DNA of 64,000 nucleotides from an uncultured Fibrobacterota bacterium (lineage in GTDB: Bacteria > Fibrobacterota > Chitinivibrionia > Chitinivibrionales > FEN-1185): NCBI GenBank assembly GCA_963753345.1, contig CAVWBU010000019.1:1-64000 (forward strand). The letters run 5' to 3'. How positions within the stretch are numbered: the stretch's first letter is position 1; each line of letters starts with the position of its first letter. This document shows positions 26,758 through 36,772 of the stretch, in pieces. The translations under genes and the position numbers were made by a program. The notes beneath the pieces were generated by a model. The model was not told the origin of the DNA, ran no database searches, and saw only the letters and a list, made by a program, of their open reading frames with translations.

Positions 26758-29182
26758 ATGGTTAAGAAAGTACTGGGAATTCTCATGGTTGTTTCGGCCA
26801 GCCTGTGCGCGACGGTGACGTACGGCCCCACCGTTCTCAACTCCGTCCACGTCCCTGCGAATATCATCAAGGGAAGCGGACTCAGCTGGTCGGGAAAAGT
26901 CACCTACATGCTCACGGTGGGCGACAACGACTCACTCACGGTGACCCTTACCGTCGCTCCTGATGCAAGCACGCCTGCCGCGCCCGCATGCGTGGTAACG
27001 CCGACCGACGGAGACTATGGCGTTTTTCCCATGATCACGGGCAAGAACGGAAAAAGGGAGATATTCTTCAATGCAACGTTCACCACGGCGCCTGCCGTGA
27101 CCGACAAGTATGTGGCAACGGTTGCAATCCATGCGAACATGAGCCCCACAGAGGTGCTCGCCCGCCAGATGCTTGCTCAGATTCCCACGCTTGCGGATAA
27201 GATCGGAATGATTACGGGCGACGGCAGTTTTGACACGCATGATGCCAACGGCGGCACCTTTGGTACAATTGTCCGTTTTCAAATGGTGGATGGGCCTCAC
27301 GGCGTCAACATGTGGAGAAACATTCCGGCCACTGCTTTTCCAACCGAACTCACCTCTGCTTGCGCATTCGATACGGGTCTTACCTACAGAATTGCTCAGG
27401 CCATCGGCAGCGAATGCCAGACCGCTTATCTGGGTCGAAACGTAAACCTTGGTCCCATGTGCAATATCGTAAGAGACCCGCGGGGCGGAAGAGACTACGA
27501 AACCTGGGGAGAAGACGCTTTTCTCCAATCCAAACTTATCGCGTCCGATGTGAGGGGCAGGCAGAGCCAAAATGTTGTGGCCACATGCAAGCACTTTGTG
27601 TGCAACGACCAGGAGCGTGACCGATACCTGACCACGGCCAACGTCGACACCGTGGTCATGCGCCAGACTTATTGTCTATCCGTTCGAATCGGCGGTGAGA
27701 AATGGCGGAACCTGGGGGATCATGGCGGCGTACAACAAGGTGAATAACGTGTACTGCACCGAGAACCCCTTCACCGAAACCCAGATCCTCAAGCAGGAAT
27801 GGGGGTTTAGAGGGATAGTGATGACCGACTGGTTCACGCAAATGACCATCGCCGGCGCAACTTCCGGTACCGATATTGAAATGGACGAGTCGAAAATTTT
27901 CGGAGCAATAGTAATTGGACAGAACGGCGTGACTCAGGATATTCTCGACGACAAGATCCTGAGGGAGCTGCGCGTGAAGATCTGGACCGGTTGCGTTTCG
28001 GGGTTTCCGTTGGTAAACGGGGCGAGCACCATCTGCAGCGATGACCACGGGAAGCTTTCGTATCAAGCGGCGTGCGAATCGTTTGTTCTTGTCAAGAACA
28101 ACGCGGTTCCCGCCAACAACAACAAGCCCTTGCTGCCGCTCGATTCAAACGGCACTGCAAAAATAGCGGTTGTGGGCCCCTATGCCAACCAGTGCTGGAC
28201 CGGCGCGTCTCAAACCGGCACAAGTTCCTATATTGTGGCGTGTCCTACCGACGTGCATACCCCGCTTGCGGCGATTACGGCAAAATACGGCGCATCGAAG
28301 ATGGTGTCCGACTGGACCCTGGCCGACATCGTGATTGTGGTGGTTGCCTGTCCGTCAAAGGGTGCCAATGCGGCTGCCGAGAATCAGGACAGGACCGACG
28401 CAATCCTCGGCACGAGCGAGGCAATGAACGATCTCACCACCGGCGCCGCAGTCCCGCAGGTTGACCAGAACGCACTTATCGCGCAGATCATCGCCGCGGG
28501 CAAGAAGACCATTGTCGTGCTCGGAGGAGGAAGCCCTATTGTCAAGGATTCGTGGTACACCGCGCCGTCGGTGCTTGTGGCGTGGTATGGCGGACAACGG
28601 TACGGCCTGGCCGTGGCCGACATTCTTTTCGGCGCAGTCAACCCGAGCGGCAAGTTGAGCGCGACCTTTCCGGTTCTGCAGTCTGATTTGCCGGTGTTCA
28701 CCAACGACCAGCAGTTTGTCCCCTACGAAAAAGCGAACGAAGGCAGGGGATATCCTTATTACATCGGCAAGGGCGTTGCGCCGCTCATTCCGTTCGGGTT
28801 CGGTATGAGCTACACGACATTTACCTACAGCAATCCTGTTATTCCCCCGTATGCCTATATCGGCGACAAGATACGGATGTCGGTTGATGTGCAGAACTCC
28901 GGCGCGGTTGCCGGCGACGAAATCGTGCAGCTGTATATCAGCCAGGCAGGCAATCCGGTGTACAGGCCGGCTCGCCAGTTGCGCGGGTTCGCCAGGGTGA
29001 GTCTTACGCCCGGGCAAACCCAGACGGTCAATTTCGACCTCAGGGAGCAGGATTTTGCGCACTGGGTGCAGGGAACGGGATGGGTTGTTGATCCCGAAAG
29101 CCAGTACAACATAATGATCGCAAAGAACTCGATGGACGCCAACGCGCTCACGGGGACCATTACATTGCATCCCGCCGACTAG
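26758..29182 (+). pseudogene. GH3 beta-glucosidase-like gene split by a +1 frameshift near 27673 (pseudogene or sequencing indel)
   Basis: ORF1 has DGPHG, RDPRGGRDYETWGED and KHF. ORF2 has MAAYN, VMTDW and an Fn3-like C-domain. Removing one T in TAT-T-GTC gives MRQTYVYPFESAVRNG. Confidence 0.85.
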
Positions 29183-29207
29183 CGGCCCGCTGGCTCGGCG
29201 AGGAGCC

Positions 29208-29236
29208 TTGACAAGCGGTATATTTTCGCGCATTAT
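29208..29236 (+). promoter_or_regulatory. Candidate sigma70-type promoter
   Basis: TTGACA-17 nt-CATTAT upstream of the paralog pair. Confidence 0.4.
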
Positions 29237-29378
29237 CGAGGCGGACAATCAATCGGCCGGAAACAACGCACCAGGCGTTTCCGGCCGACTGCCGTCGGCA
29301 TGCGGAACTCTATTTTCGCGCTCACACGGAAATCGCCCTATACGTGCGGTATTAACTGCTCTTCAGAAAGGGACAGCT

Positions 29379-31088
29379 ATGGGAGGGAAAGACTGGATTC
29401 GCAATTGTGTTCTTGGACTTTTGGCAAGCGCCGCGCTCTGTGTTGCGCAGGAGACAGATTCGGCAAACGGCGACCAGCCGTCACCGGCCCCTCAGTCCAA
29501 TCCGTATTCGCAAACAATTGCAAGCGCAGAGGGTACTCAAGCACGGCCTCTTGCGGCGGCGGAAAGTCCCCTGCGCAACAGCCTGTCGCTGTTCTTTGCG
29601 CTCGATGAAGGTGAAATCGAGCATGGGGTGGAGAACGAAAACAGCTCCGCCAACCCGGTCAGCCACATGTGGCAGCAGAGCTTGTGCTTCGACCTCACCA
29701 ATGACGCAGTGTACAAGGAAAGGCTCAGGTTGGTGGTGAGCATGGAGTGCCACCTTTCCTTTTCCGCAATGCAACTTAATAATTTTCCAGCCACGCTAAG
29801 TCCGGATTTTTCCTTTTACCCCAACGATGTCGAACTCAGCTACGCCATCGGAGGATCACCGGCCAGACCATGGCTAAATGTGGCTGCCGGCTATTTTCCG
29901 TTCAAGTACAACCCGGACGCAAAGCACCTTGGCGAATATTTGCTTCGCTGTTCCGCGTATCCGACTTTTATAGTCACCAATAACGAATTTCCCATGACAC
30001 GCGAGCTCGGCTTCCATGTGTTCGGCAATTCCGACTGGCTCATCAATCCCGCCATCGACCGCATCAAATGGGACTTGATGCTCACCAGCGAAACCCACGA
30101 CTGGCCCACCCAGGACTGGACCGTAACCGGGATTCTTTCCAATAACCTCTTTAATTTCTTTGACATTGGCGCCGGTGTATCATTCCAGAGAATTATTCCC
30201 ATCAACGACACCATCACGACTCCCCGCGGCAAGGCGGTATTTACGTCCGGCCATATTACCAGCAATTTTCTTAATGCCAATGGCGACACTACCTACTTCA
30301 CCTTCAAATCCACCAAGATCATGGGCCGGGCATCCATTTACCCGCAACGATTCATTCCTCAATTCAGGATACCGTTTGCCCCTGTTTTTGGAGATAAGCC
30401 GTTCTTTGGAACAGAGGACCTCAAGATTTACGGCGAAGCGGCAATTCTCGGGTTGGACAACCAGACCGTCTATTTCGACAGCGTAATCGCCCCCGGAGAC
30501 ACGGTTCTCATGAAGGCGCCCGAAGCCAATCAGTATTACGATTCGCTCGTGGACAGAATTCCCTATATGGTCGGCATAAATCTTCCCACCAACCCTCTCC
30601 TGAGCTATGGTATACTCGCCTGGGTGCTCGGCAAATGGCTCCAGGATGAAACCGGCGACGGCATCACCAATATGCGATTCGGATCGGCCAATATCCCCCT
30701 GGGCGTTCTCACCATTCCGGTGGCGCTTGCCTGCGGGCCGTTGCAGCACTATTGTGGAGTGGATCTCTCCCTCGACCAGATTTCGCTGGAATTCGAACAC
30801 TACAGCAACCGGTTTCCCAACAGCGATTATAACGCAATCAACTTCATCCCGGCAGGGCTTATCCCGACCCCGCGGGCTACGGTTTTCGTTAAAAACCCGA
30901 GCGATATAAAATATGCCTTGACATTCAAGAAGTCGTTCGCGGACCAGCGGTTCGCGGTTTCCGGCCTCATTGGACGGGACCACATGCGCCCGCCGTTTCT
31001 CGGCCCGGCCGCCCAGGGTGACTGCGACGATGAGCTGCAGGCAAGGAATCAATGGTGGTGGACGCTCAGACTGTCGGCGAATTTTTAA
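29379..31088 (+). CDS. Putative outer-membrane protein, paralog 1
   Basis: Signal peptide, AGYFPFKYNPDAKHLGEYLLR..AYP, C-terminal WWWTLRLSANF (terminal Phe as in beta-signals). Confidence 0.7.
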   Translation: MGGKDWIRNCVLGLLASAALCVAQETDSANGDQPSPAPQSNPYSQTIASAEGTQARPLAAAESPLRNSLSLFFALDEGEIEHGVENENSSANPVSHMWQQSLCFDLTNDAVYKERLRLVVSMECHLSFSAMQLNNFPATLSPDFSFYPNDVELSYAIGGSPARPWLNVAAGYFPFKYNPDAKHLGEYLLRCSAYPTFIVTNNEFPMTRELGFHVFGNSDWLINPAIDRIKWDLMLTSETHDWPTQDWTVTGILSNNLFNFFDIGAGVSFQRIIPINDTITTPRGKAVFTSGHITSNFLNANGDTTYFTFKSTKIMGRASIYPQRFIPQFRIPFAPVFGDKPFFGTEDLKIYGEAAILGLDNQTVYFDSVIAPGDTVLMKAPEANQYYDSLVDRIPYMVGINLPTNPLLSYGILAWVLGKWLQDETGDGITNMRFGSANIPLGVLTIPVALACGPLQHYCGVDLSLDQISLEFEHYSNRFPNSDYNAINFIPAGLIPTPRATVFVKNPSDIKYALTFKKSFADQRFAVSGLIGRDHMRPPFLGPAAQGDCDDELQARNQWWWTLRLSANF

Positions 31089-31247
31089 CCGCGATTCTCC
31101 GAAAAAGAATCTGATGAGGCCGATTCCAACCACGGAAGAAGTTCTTTGATGAAAAGCAAGTTGACAGTTCCGGAATCCGACAAGCGCACCGACAACGCGA
31201 ACCGCTGCTGCAGGGCGGGCCGGCTGTTTCATTCAGGAGGGAAACAA

Positions 31248-32966
31248 ATGATAGCGAGGATAGGTCTGGCAATGCTCGCTGGGGCATGCCTGAGTCTCGG
31301 GCAGACAATAGATTCGGCGGGCAGGGGACTCTCCGGTTCCGCGGGCCAGACAGGCCCCGAAAACGGCATAGGGCTTTTGCAGCTGATTCAGCCGCGGGCC
31401 CTATGGGAAAAAACGGGCTTTACGTACCGCGAAAACCTGTTCCTCTGCCTTGACGAAGGCGAGGCGGAACAGGGCATGTACGATCACCCGATTGCGCCGG
31501 ACACGGCCGGGTACACCAGGCTGGACCATGTATGGCTCCAGGATATGGTATTCCACCTCACCGAGGACGTAACCTACAAAGAGCGGCTTCGCCTCATCAT
31601 GAGCGTCGAAGCGGAATTGAATTTCTCCATGGTTCACCGGCTTGAGTACCCTAGCACGCTGATACCGGCATTTACTTTTTATCCGAACGACATGGAATTG
31701 CAGTATTCGGTTGGCGGCACTGTTGCGCATCCCTGGTTTTCGGTGGCGGCGGGGTACTTTCCCTTCAAATACAATCCGGACGCCAAAAATCTTGGCGAGT
31801 TTCTGCTCAGATGCGGCGCCTATCCTACCATCATTCAAACAACGCCGTTCTTCCCCATGACAAGGGAACTCGGGCTTCATGTGTCAAGCAGTTCCGATTG
31901 GTTCATGAACCCCGCAATAGACCGCGTTCAATTGGACCTGATGCTCACGAGCGAGACGCACGACTGGCCCGTTCAGGATTTTACGCTCACCGGGATCCTA
32001 TCGAACAACCTTTTTAACATTCTGGACCTGGGAGCCGGCGTTTCGTTTCAAAGGCTGATGTCGGTCAACGAGTTGCTTACGACTCCCCACACGGGGGATA
32101 GTGTTTCATATCTTGACCAGAATGCGCAGACACAATACTATACGTTTGCATCCACCAAAATCATGGGTCGCGCCGCGATCAGTCCTCTCAGGTTCGTACC
32201 GCAATTCAAGATTCCGCCTTCCTTTATTTTCGGCGAGCATTCGTTCTTCGGAAAGCAGGATCTTAAGGTCTATGGCGAGGTCGCGGTCCTGGGCACGCAA
32301 GACTATGTGAAATACGGTTCTTTTGCCCGGGTAGGCTCCATAGACCCAAACACGGGCGACTCCGTTTACACAAACGTGCCTGGAACCGGAACTCCGCTGC
32401 CGGATTCCCTCAATTTTTATAACAATATCAAAGACAGAATGCCAATGATGCTCGGCATTGATTTGCCCACAACCCCGCTGCTGGCCTATGGCGTTCTTCC
32501 TTTTCTCCTCACCAAATGGCTTTACGATGAAACTGGTTCGGACATCCGGCAACTTGCATGGGTGACGCTCGTTCCCGCGCTCGCAAGCGGTGTGGCCGAG
32601 CATTTCCTGGGCTGGGACATGGGGCTCGACGAATTCTCGCTGGAATTCGAATGGTTCAGCCAGAAATATACCAACAGCGACAGGCATCAAATAAACCCGG
32701 AGGATGGGGGAGGTCATGGCGGCATACCGATACCTTATACCAACGACACATGGAATGCGGCCAATTTGGGCAAGGCGGAACCGACAAAGTATTCCTTGTA
32801 TTTCAAGAAGGCGTTCCTCGACAGATTCGCGATTTCCGGAATTGTCGGGCGGGACCATATGCGTCCGGCATCAGTAGGCGTTCCGCCATCCATCCAGCAG
32901 ACCGACGATTTTCTGAAGACGAGGGAGAACTGGTACTGGATGCTCAGACTGTCGTCTAATTTCTGA
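31248..32966 (+). CDS. Putative outer-membrane protein, paralog 2
   Basis: RBS AGGAGG, signal peptide, AGYFPFKYNPDAKNLGEFLLR..AYP, DLMLTSETHDWP, C-terminal WYWMLRLSSNF. Colinear with paralog 1. Confidence 0.7.
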   Translation: MIARIGLAMLAGACLSLGQTIDSAGRGLSGSAGQTGPENGIGLLQLIQPRALWEKTGFTYRENLFLCLDEGEAEQGMYDHPIAPDTAGYTRLDHVWLQDMVFHLTEDVTYKERLRLIMSVEAELNFSMVHRLEYPSTLIPAFTFYPNDMELQYSVGGTVAHPWFSVAAGYFPFKYNPDAKNLGEFLLRCGAYPTIIQTTPFFPMTRELGLHVSSSSDWFMNPAIDRVQLDLMLTSETHDWPVQDFTLTGILSNNLFNILDLGAGVSFQRLMSVNELLTTPHTGDSVSYLDQNAQTQYYTFASTKIMGRAAISPLRFVPQFKIPPSFIFGEHSFFGKQDLKVYGEVAVLGTQDYVKYGSFARVGSIDPNTGDSVYTNVPGTGTPLPDSLNFYNNIKDRMPMMLGIDLPTTPLLAYGVLPFLLTKWLYDETGSDIRQLAWVTLVPALASGVAEHFLGWDMGLDEFSLEFEWFSQKYTNSDRHQINPEDGGGHGGIPIPYTNDTWNAANLGKAEPTKYSLYFKKAFLDRFAISGIVGRDHMRPASVGVPPSIQQTDDFLKTRENWYWMLRLSSNF

Positions 32967-33028
32967 CCGGAACAAACTTTGCGCCGGGAAGCGACCAGGC
33001 GGACCGGTGCTCCCCCGTGCAATAGTTC

Positions 33029-33059
33029 AAAGGCCGGCATCAATCAGCCGGCCTTTTTT
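33029..33059 (+). terminator. Intrinsic terminator
   Basis: AAAGGCCGGC/GCCGGCCTTT stem plus T run after the paralog pair. Confidence 0.75.
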
Positions 33060-33108
33060 ATTTTCAGAGCGTGCGGCGGATCATTCGCGCCCACGGCACT
33101 CATTTATT

Positions 33109-33283
33109 TCCAGCTACCACGAATGAAGATTCGTAGCTGTGCCTACGGCCGTGATTTTAAGAGAAACCCCCGCCTATGGCGGGGGAGCTGGACGGCTACG
33201 TAACGGCACAGGTGCCGTTTCTTTTTTTCGCGGCCTTATGGGCCGCTTCAAAAAAGCCACCGCCTATGGCGGTGGTCGTTTAC
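33109..33283. mobile_element. Hairpin cluster resembling IS200/IS605-type ends (non-autonomous remnant)
   Basis: TCCAGCTACC-hairpin-AGCT, CCCCCGCCTATGGCGGGGG-AGCTGGA and AAGCCACCGCCTATGGCGGTGG-TCGTTTAC. No credible gene. Confidence 0.4.
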
Positions 33284-33356
33284 TATTTTGTAACGGGGAA
33301 ACACGTACGCCATAAGACTCTGTTTCTGGAATCGTCACGAAAGGATCCTTTCGATC

Positions 33357-35123
33357 GTGGATAGGAAAGGCATAACCGCAAGGGCGGAAGAATACGTTCG
33401 GCTCGAACAAGACCCTTTCTTCCGGAACCAGGTGGAAGCCCTCCTTGCGAAAAAGGACTTTATTGAGCTTTCCGACCGGTTCTACATCGACCTCGAGTTC
33501 GGCACGGGCGGCATACGCGGGGTTATCGGCGGCGGATACAACCGGCTTAACCCGCTTGTCATACGCAAAACCACGCAGGGACTTGCCAACTACATCAAGA
33601 AAACCGTTGCGCCGGACAATGCGTCGGTCGCCATCGCCTACGATTCCCGCAACTATTCCGACGCATTCGCGCTCGATGCGGCGCTGGTGCTGGCAGCGAG
33701 TGGCATCAGAGCGTATCTGTACACGTCGCTCCGGTCCACGCCGCAGTTGTCCTTTACGGTGCGCAAGCTCGGGGCAACGGCCGGCATCGTGATCACGGCG
33801 AGCCACAATCCGGCCGAGTACAACGGTTACAAAGTGTACTGGAGCGACGGCGGGCAGATTGTTCCGCCGCACGACACGGGCATCGTGAACGAGGTCCGCG
33901 CGGTGCGCGGACCGGGAATCGCCTGTTTGACAAAAGACGAAGCGCTTGCAAAGGGGCTCCTGGTTCCGATCGACAGGGACATGGATGTCGCATTCATCGG
34001 CATGGTCAAGGCGTGCGTGCTGCGGCCCGAACTGGTGCGTGCGCAGGGGGCGCGGCTCAAGGTGGTCTACACGCCGCTGCATGGAACCGGCGCGATCCCG
34101 GTGGCACAGGCGCTTTCGGACATGGGAATTGTCGTGACGTTTGTTGAGCAGCAGCGGAAGCCGGACGGCAATTTCCCCACCGTGGCGTTTCCCAACCCCG
34201 AAGAGGCCGCGGCCATGAAGCTGGCGCTCGACCTTGCGAAAAGTGAAAAGGCCCACCTGGTGCTGGCCACCGATCCTGACGCCGACCGCCTGGGAATTGC
34301 CGTGCCCGACGGCTCGGGCGGTTTCACGCTCCTTTCGGGCAACCAGCTCGGCGCGCTCCTGCTCGACTACATTCTCTTGAGCCGCCGGGAGCTGGGCACC
34401 CTGCCGGCCCGGGGCGCATATGTAAAGTCGATCGTCACCACGGAACTCGGCCGGCTCATCGCCGAGGACCATGGCGTGGCATGCTTCGACGTGCTCACCG
34501 GCTTCAAGTACATCGGCGAGAAGATGCGCGAATTCGAATCACAAAACGACGGTTACCGTTACGTTTTCGGCACCGAGGAGAGCTACGGGTTTCTCGTCAA
34601 CACGAGCGTGCGCGACAAGGACGCGGTGTCGGCCGCGGTCGTCACGGCCGAGATGACCCTGTACCACCTGTCGCAAGGCAGATCGCTGCTCGACAGGCTT
34701 TCCATGCTCTACGAACAATACGGCTTTTTCCAGGAGACGCAGGTGTCGCGGTATTTCAAGGGCGAGTCCGGCCTTTCGACAATGGCCGCGCTCATGGCGC
34801 GGCTGCGCAAAGCGCCGCCCGCGGCAATCGGCGGCGGGAAAGTCGGTTTTGTAAAGGACTACCGCGACGGCACGGTGCTCGACACGGCCAGCGGGGAGAG
34901 AAAGAAGTCGATTGGCCTTCCGTCGTCCGATGTCGTGCAGTTCGTGTGCGACGACGGGTCGGTTGTCACGGCGCGGCCCTCGGGCACCGAGCCGAAGATC
35001 AAGTTCTACGCCTCGTGCCGGGGCGCGGCCGGCGTCCCGCTTGCGCAGTCCCGGCCGCAAACGGCCGCGAAGATCGAGGCCATCCGCGCCCAACTAACCA
35101 CCCTTGTCGACGGAGGCAACTGA
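33357..35123 (+). CDS. Phosphoglucomutase/phosphomannomutase
   Basis: FGTGGIRG, ITASHNP, DPDADR, EESYG, RPSGTEPKIK. Confidence 0.95.
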   Translation: MDRKGITARAEEYVRLEQDPFFRNQVEALLAKKDFIELSDRFYIDLEFGTGGIRGVIGGGYNRLNPLVIRKTTQGLANYIKKTVAPDNASVAIAYDSRNYSDAFALDAALVLAASGIRAYLYTSLRSTPQLSFTVRKLGATAGIVITASHNPAEYNGYKVYWSDGGQIVPPHDTGIVNEVRAVRGPGIACLTKDEALAKGLLVPIDRDMDVAFIGMVKACVLRPELVRAQGARLKVVYTPLHGTGAIPVAQALSDMGIVVTFVEQQRKPDGNFPTVAFPNPEEAAAMKLALDLAKSEKAHLVLATDPDADRLGIAVPDGSGGFTLLSGNQLGALLLDYILLSRRELGTLPARGAYVKSIVTTELGRLIAEDHGVACFDVLTGFKYIGEKMREFESQNDGYRYVFGTEESYGFLVNTSVRDKDAVSAAVVTAEMTLYHLSQGRSLLDRLSMLYEQYGFFQETQVSRYFKGESGLSTMAALMARLRKAPPAAIGGGKVGFVKDYRDGTVLDTASGERKKSIGLPSSDVVQFVCDDGSVVTARPSGTEPKIKFYASCRGAAGVPLAQSRPQTAAKIEAIRAQLTTLVDGGN

Positions 35124-36763
35124 TGCCCGACACCAGAAAAATTCCCGCGGTTACTGCACCGGCGGAATCGTCGGCGGCCCAAGCCGACCCGTTCGTGGGG
35201 TCCACCATCGGCAACTGCCAGATCATCGAGAAGATCAACGAGGGCGGCACCGCGTTCATTTACAAAGCGCACAACATTCCCTTCGACCTCGACAGGGTGG
35301 TGAAAATTCTCAAACCGTCGCTCAAGGACGAAGAGGACTTCTTCATCCGCTTCCGGCAGGAGGCGCAGCTCACCGCGAGGCTCGACCATCCCAACGTCCT
35401 TCGCGTGTTCGACACGGGCGAGGTCAACGGCTATTTCTACATGGAGATGGAGTACATCACCGGCCAGACCCTGCGCGAGTTCATGATCTCCAACTCCAAG
35501 ATCGGCGAGCGCGACATCCTGTCGATCGCGCTGCAGATCACCAAGGCCCTCGAATACGCGCACGGCGTCGAGATGACTGGCCCTTCCGGCGAAATCATCC
35601 ACGGCATCCTGCACCGCGACATCAAGCCGGAGAACATCATGATCACGCCGGGGAAGCTGGTGAAGCTCATGGACTTCGGCGCGGCGCGGCCCCTCAACAT
35701 CACGAGCGACACCATGCAGGGGATGATCGTGGGGACGTTCCATTATATGTCGCCTGAACAGTTGTCGGGCGGCAAGCTTGACGTGCGCAGCGACTTCTTC
35801 TCGCTTGGCATCGTGATGTACGAGCTGTGCACCAACCGGAAGCCGTTTATGGGCGAGAACCTCACCGCTCTCATCCAGTCCATCAACGACTGCCGCTACA
35901 CCCCGGTGAAGAAGCTGCGGCAGTCGACGTCCTCGCTCACCGAGGAGCTCATCGACAAACTGCTTTCCAAAGACCCGGATCACCGGCCGTCAACGGAAAA
36001 GGAGATCATCGAGGACCTGCAGGTCTGCATCCAGTCATACTCGACCTGGGGCATCGGCAAAAAGATGAAAGTGCCGTTTTCGTTCAAGCGGCAGTTCGGC
36101 ACGATCGCCTTTGTGGTTTCACTGGTTGCGCTTGCGCTGTCGGCGCTTGCGTTTTACCGCGTCTTTTTTACCGATTTGTCCGCACCGCGGTTCTCGCAGT
36201 CGGCCGCCGTGCCGCTTCTCGAACGGGGAAAGCTTGACGAACGGGAGGGCCGGTGGGACGAGGCCGCCGCCGCGTACCGGATGGTGCCGTCGCTGGATAA
36301 CGGCGGGCTGGCAAACGAATACCTCGAAGCGCAGATCCGTCTTGCCGCCATCTATCTCAAGCACACCAAGCAGTACGACCGCGCCCGCAGGATGCTCGAG
36401 CGCCTGCGCATGCAGTTTTCCGATCCCGCAATCGACGCGTATCTGGGCGAGGCGTACTACTGGCTCGGCATGTTCGACGAAGCGAAGCTGCGCTTCGAGG
36501 CGTCGCTCGGCTCGCAGGCTGGCTCGGTGATCCTTCTGAACCAGGATTTCAAACGCGAAGTCCTCTTCTTTCAGGCCTCCGCGCTCGACAAGAAGGCCGG
36601 CCTTAATAACTATGTACCCGCCGCGCTCATGGAGGCCCAGAAGGCGTGGAACTACTACGTGGAGTACTCCGGCTGCGCAACACGGCCCGGCGACGACCAG
36701 TGCGCCTACGCGAGAAAGCGGCTCAATGATCTTGACAAAATCGACCACGACCGCGCGCGGTAG
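35123..36763 (+). CDS. Hanks-type Ser/Thr kinase with TM helix and C-terminal TPR-like region
   Basis: VVKIL, HRDIKPEN, DFG, YMSPEQ, DFFSLG. TM helix FGTIAFVVSLVALALSALAF. ATG overlaps the upstream TGA. Confidence 0.93.
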   Translation: MPDTRKIPAVTAPAESSAAQADPFVGSTIGNCQIIEKINEGGTAFIYKAHNIPFDLDRVVKILKPSLKDEEDFFIRFRQEAQLTARLDHPNVLRVFDTGEVNGYFYMEMEYITGQTLREFMISNSKIGERDILSIALQITKALEYAHGVEMTGPSGEIIHGILHRDIKPENIMITPGKLVKLMDFGAARPLNITSDTMQGMIVGTFHYMSPEQLSGGKLDVRSDFFSLGIVMYELCTNRKPFMGENLTALIQSINDCRYTPVKKLRQSTSSLTEELIDKLLSKDPDHRPSTEKEIIEDLQVCIQSYSTWGIGKKMKVPFSFKRQFGTIAFVVSLVALALSALAFYRVFFTDLSAPRFSQSAAVPLLERGKLDEREGRWDEAAAAYRMVPSLDNGGLANEYLEAQIRLAAIYLKHTKQYDRARRMLERLRMQFSDPAIDAYLGEAYYWLGMFDEAKLRFEASLGSQAGSVILLNQDFKREVLFFQASALDKKAGLNNYVPAALMEAQKAWNYYVEYSGCATRPGDDQCAYARKRLNDLDKIDHDRAR

Positions 36764-36772
36764 CGCCCTCGC

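Noticed and set aside
34481-35122. 214-aa N-terminal extension of the kinase in the ORF track
   Set aside because: It is an alternate frame of the phosphomutase. The real start is the ATG at 35123 overlapping its stop.
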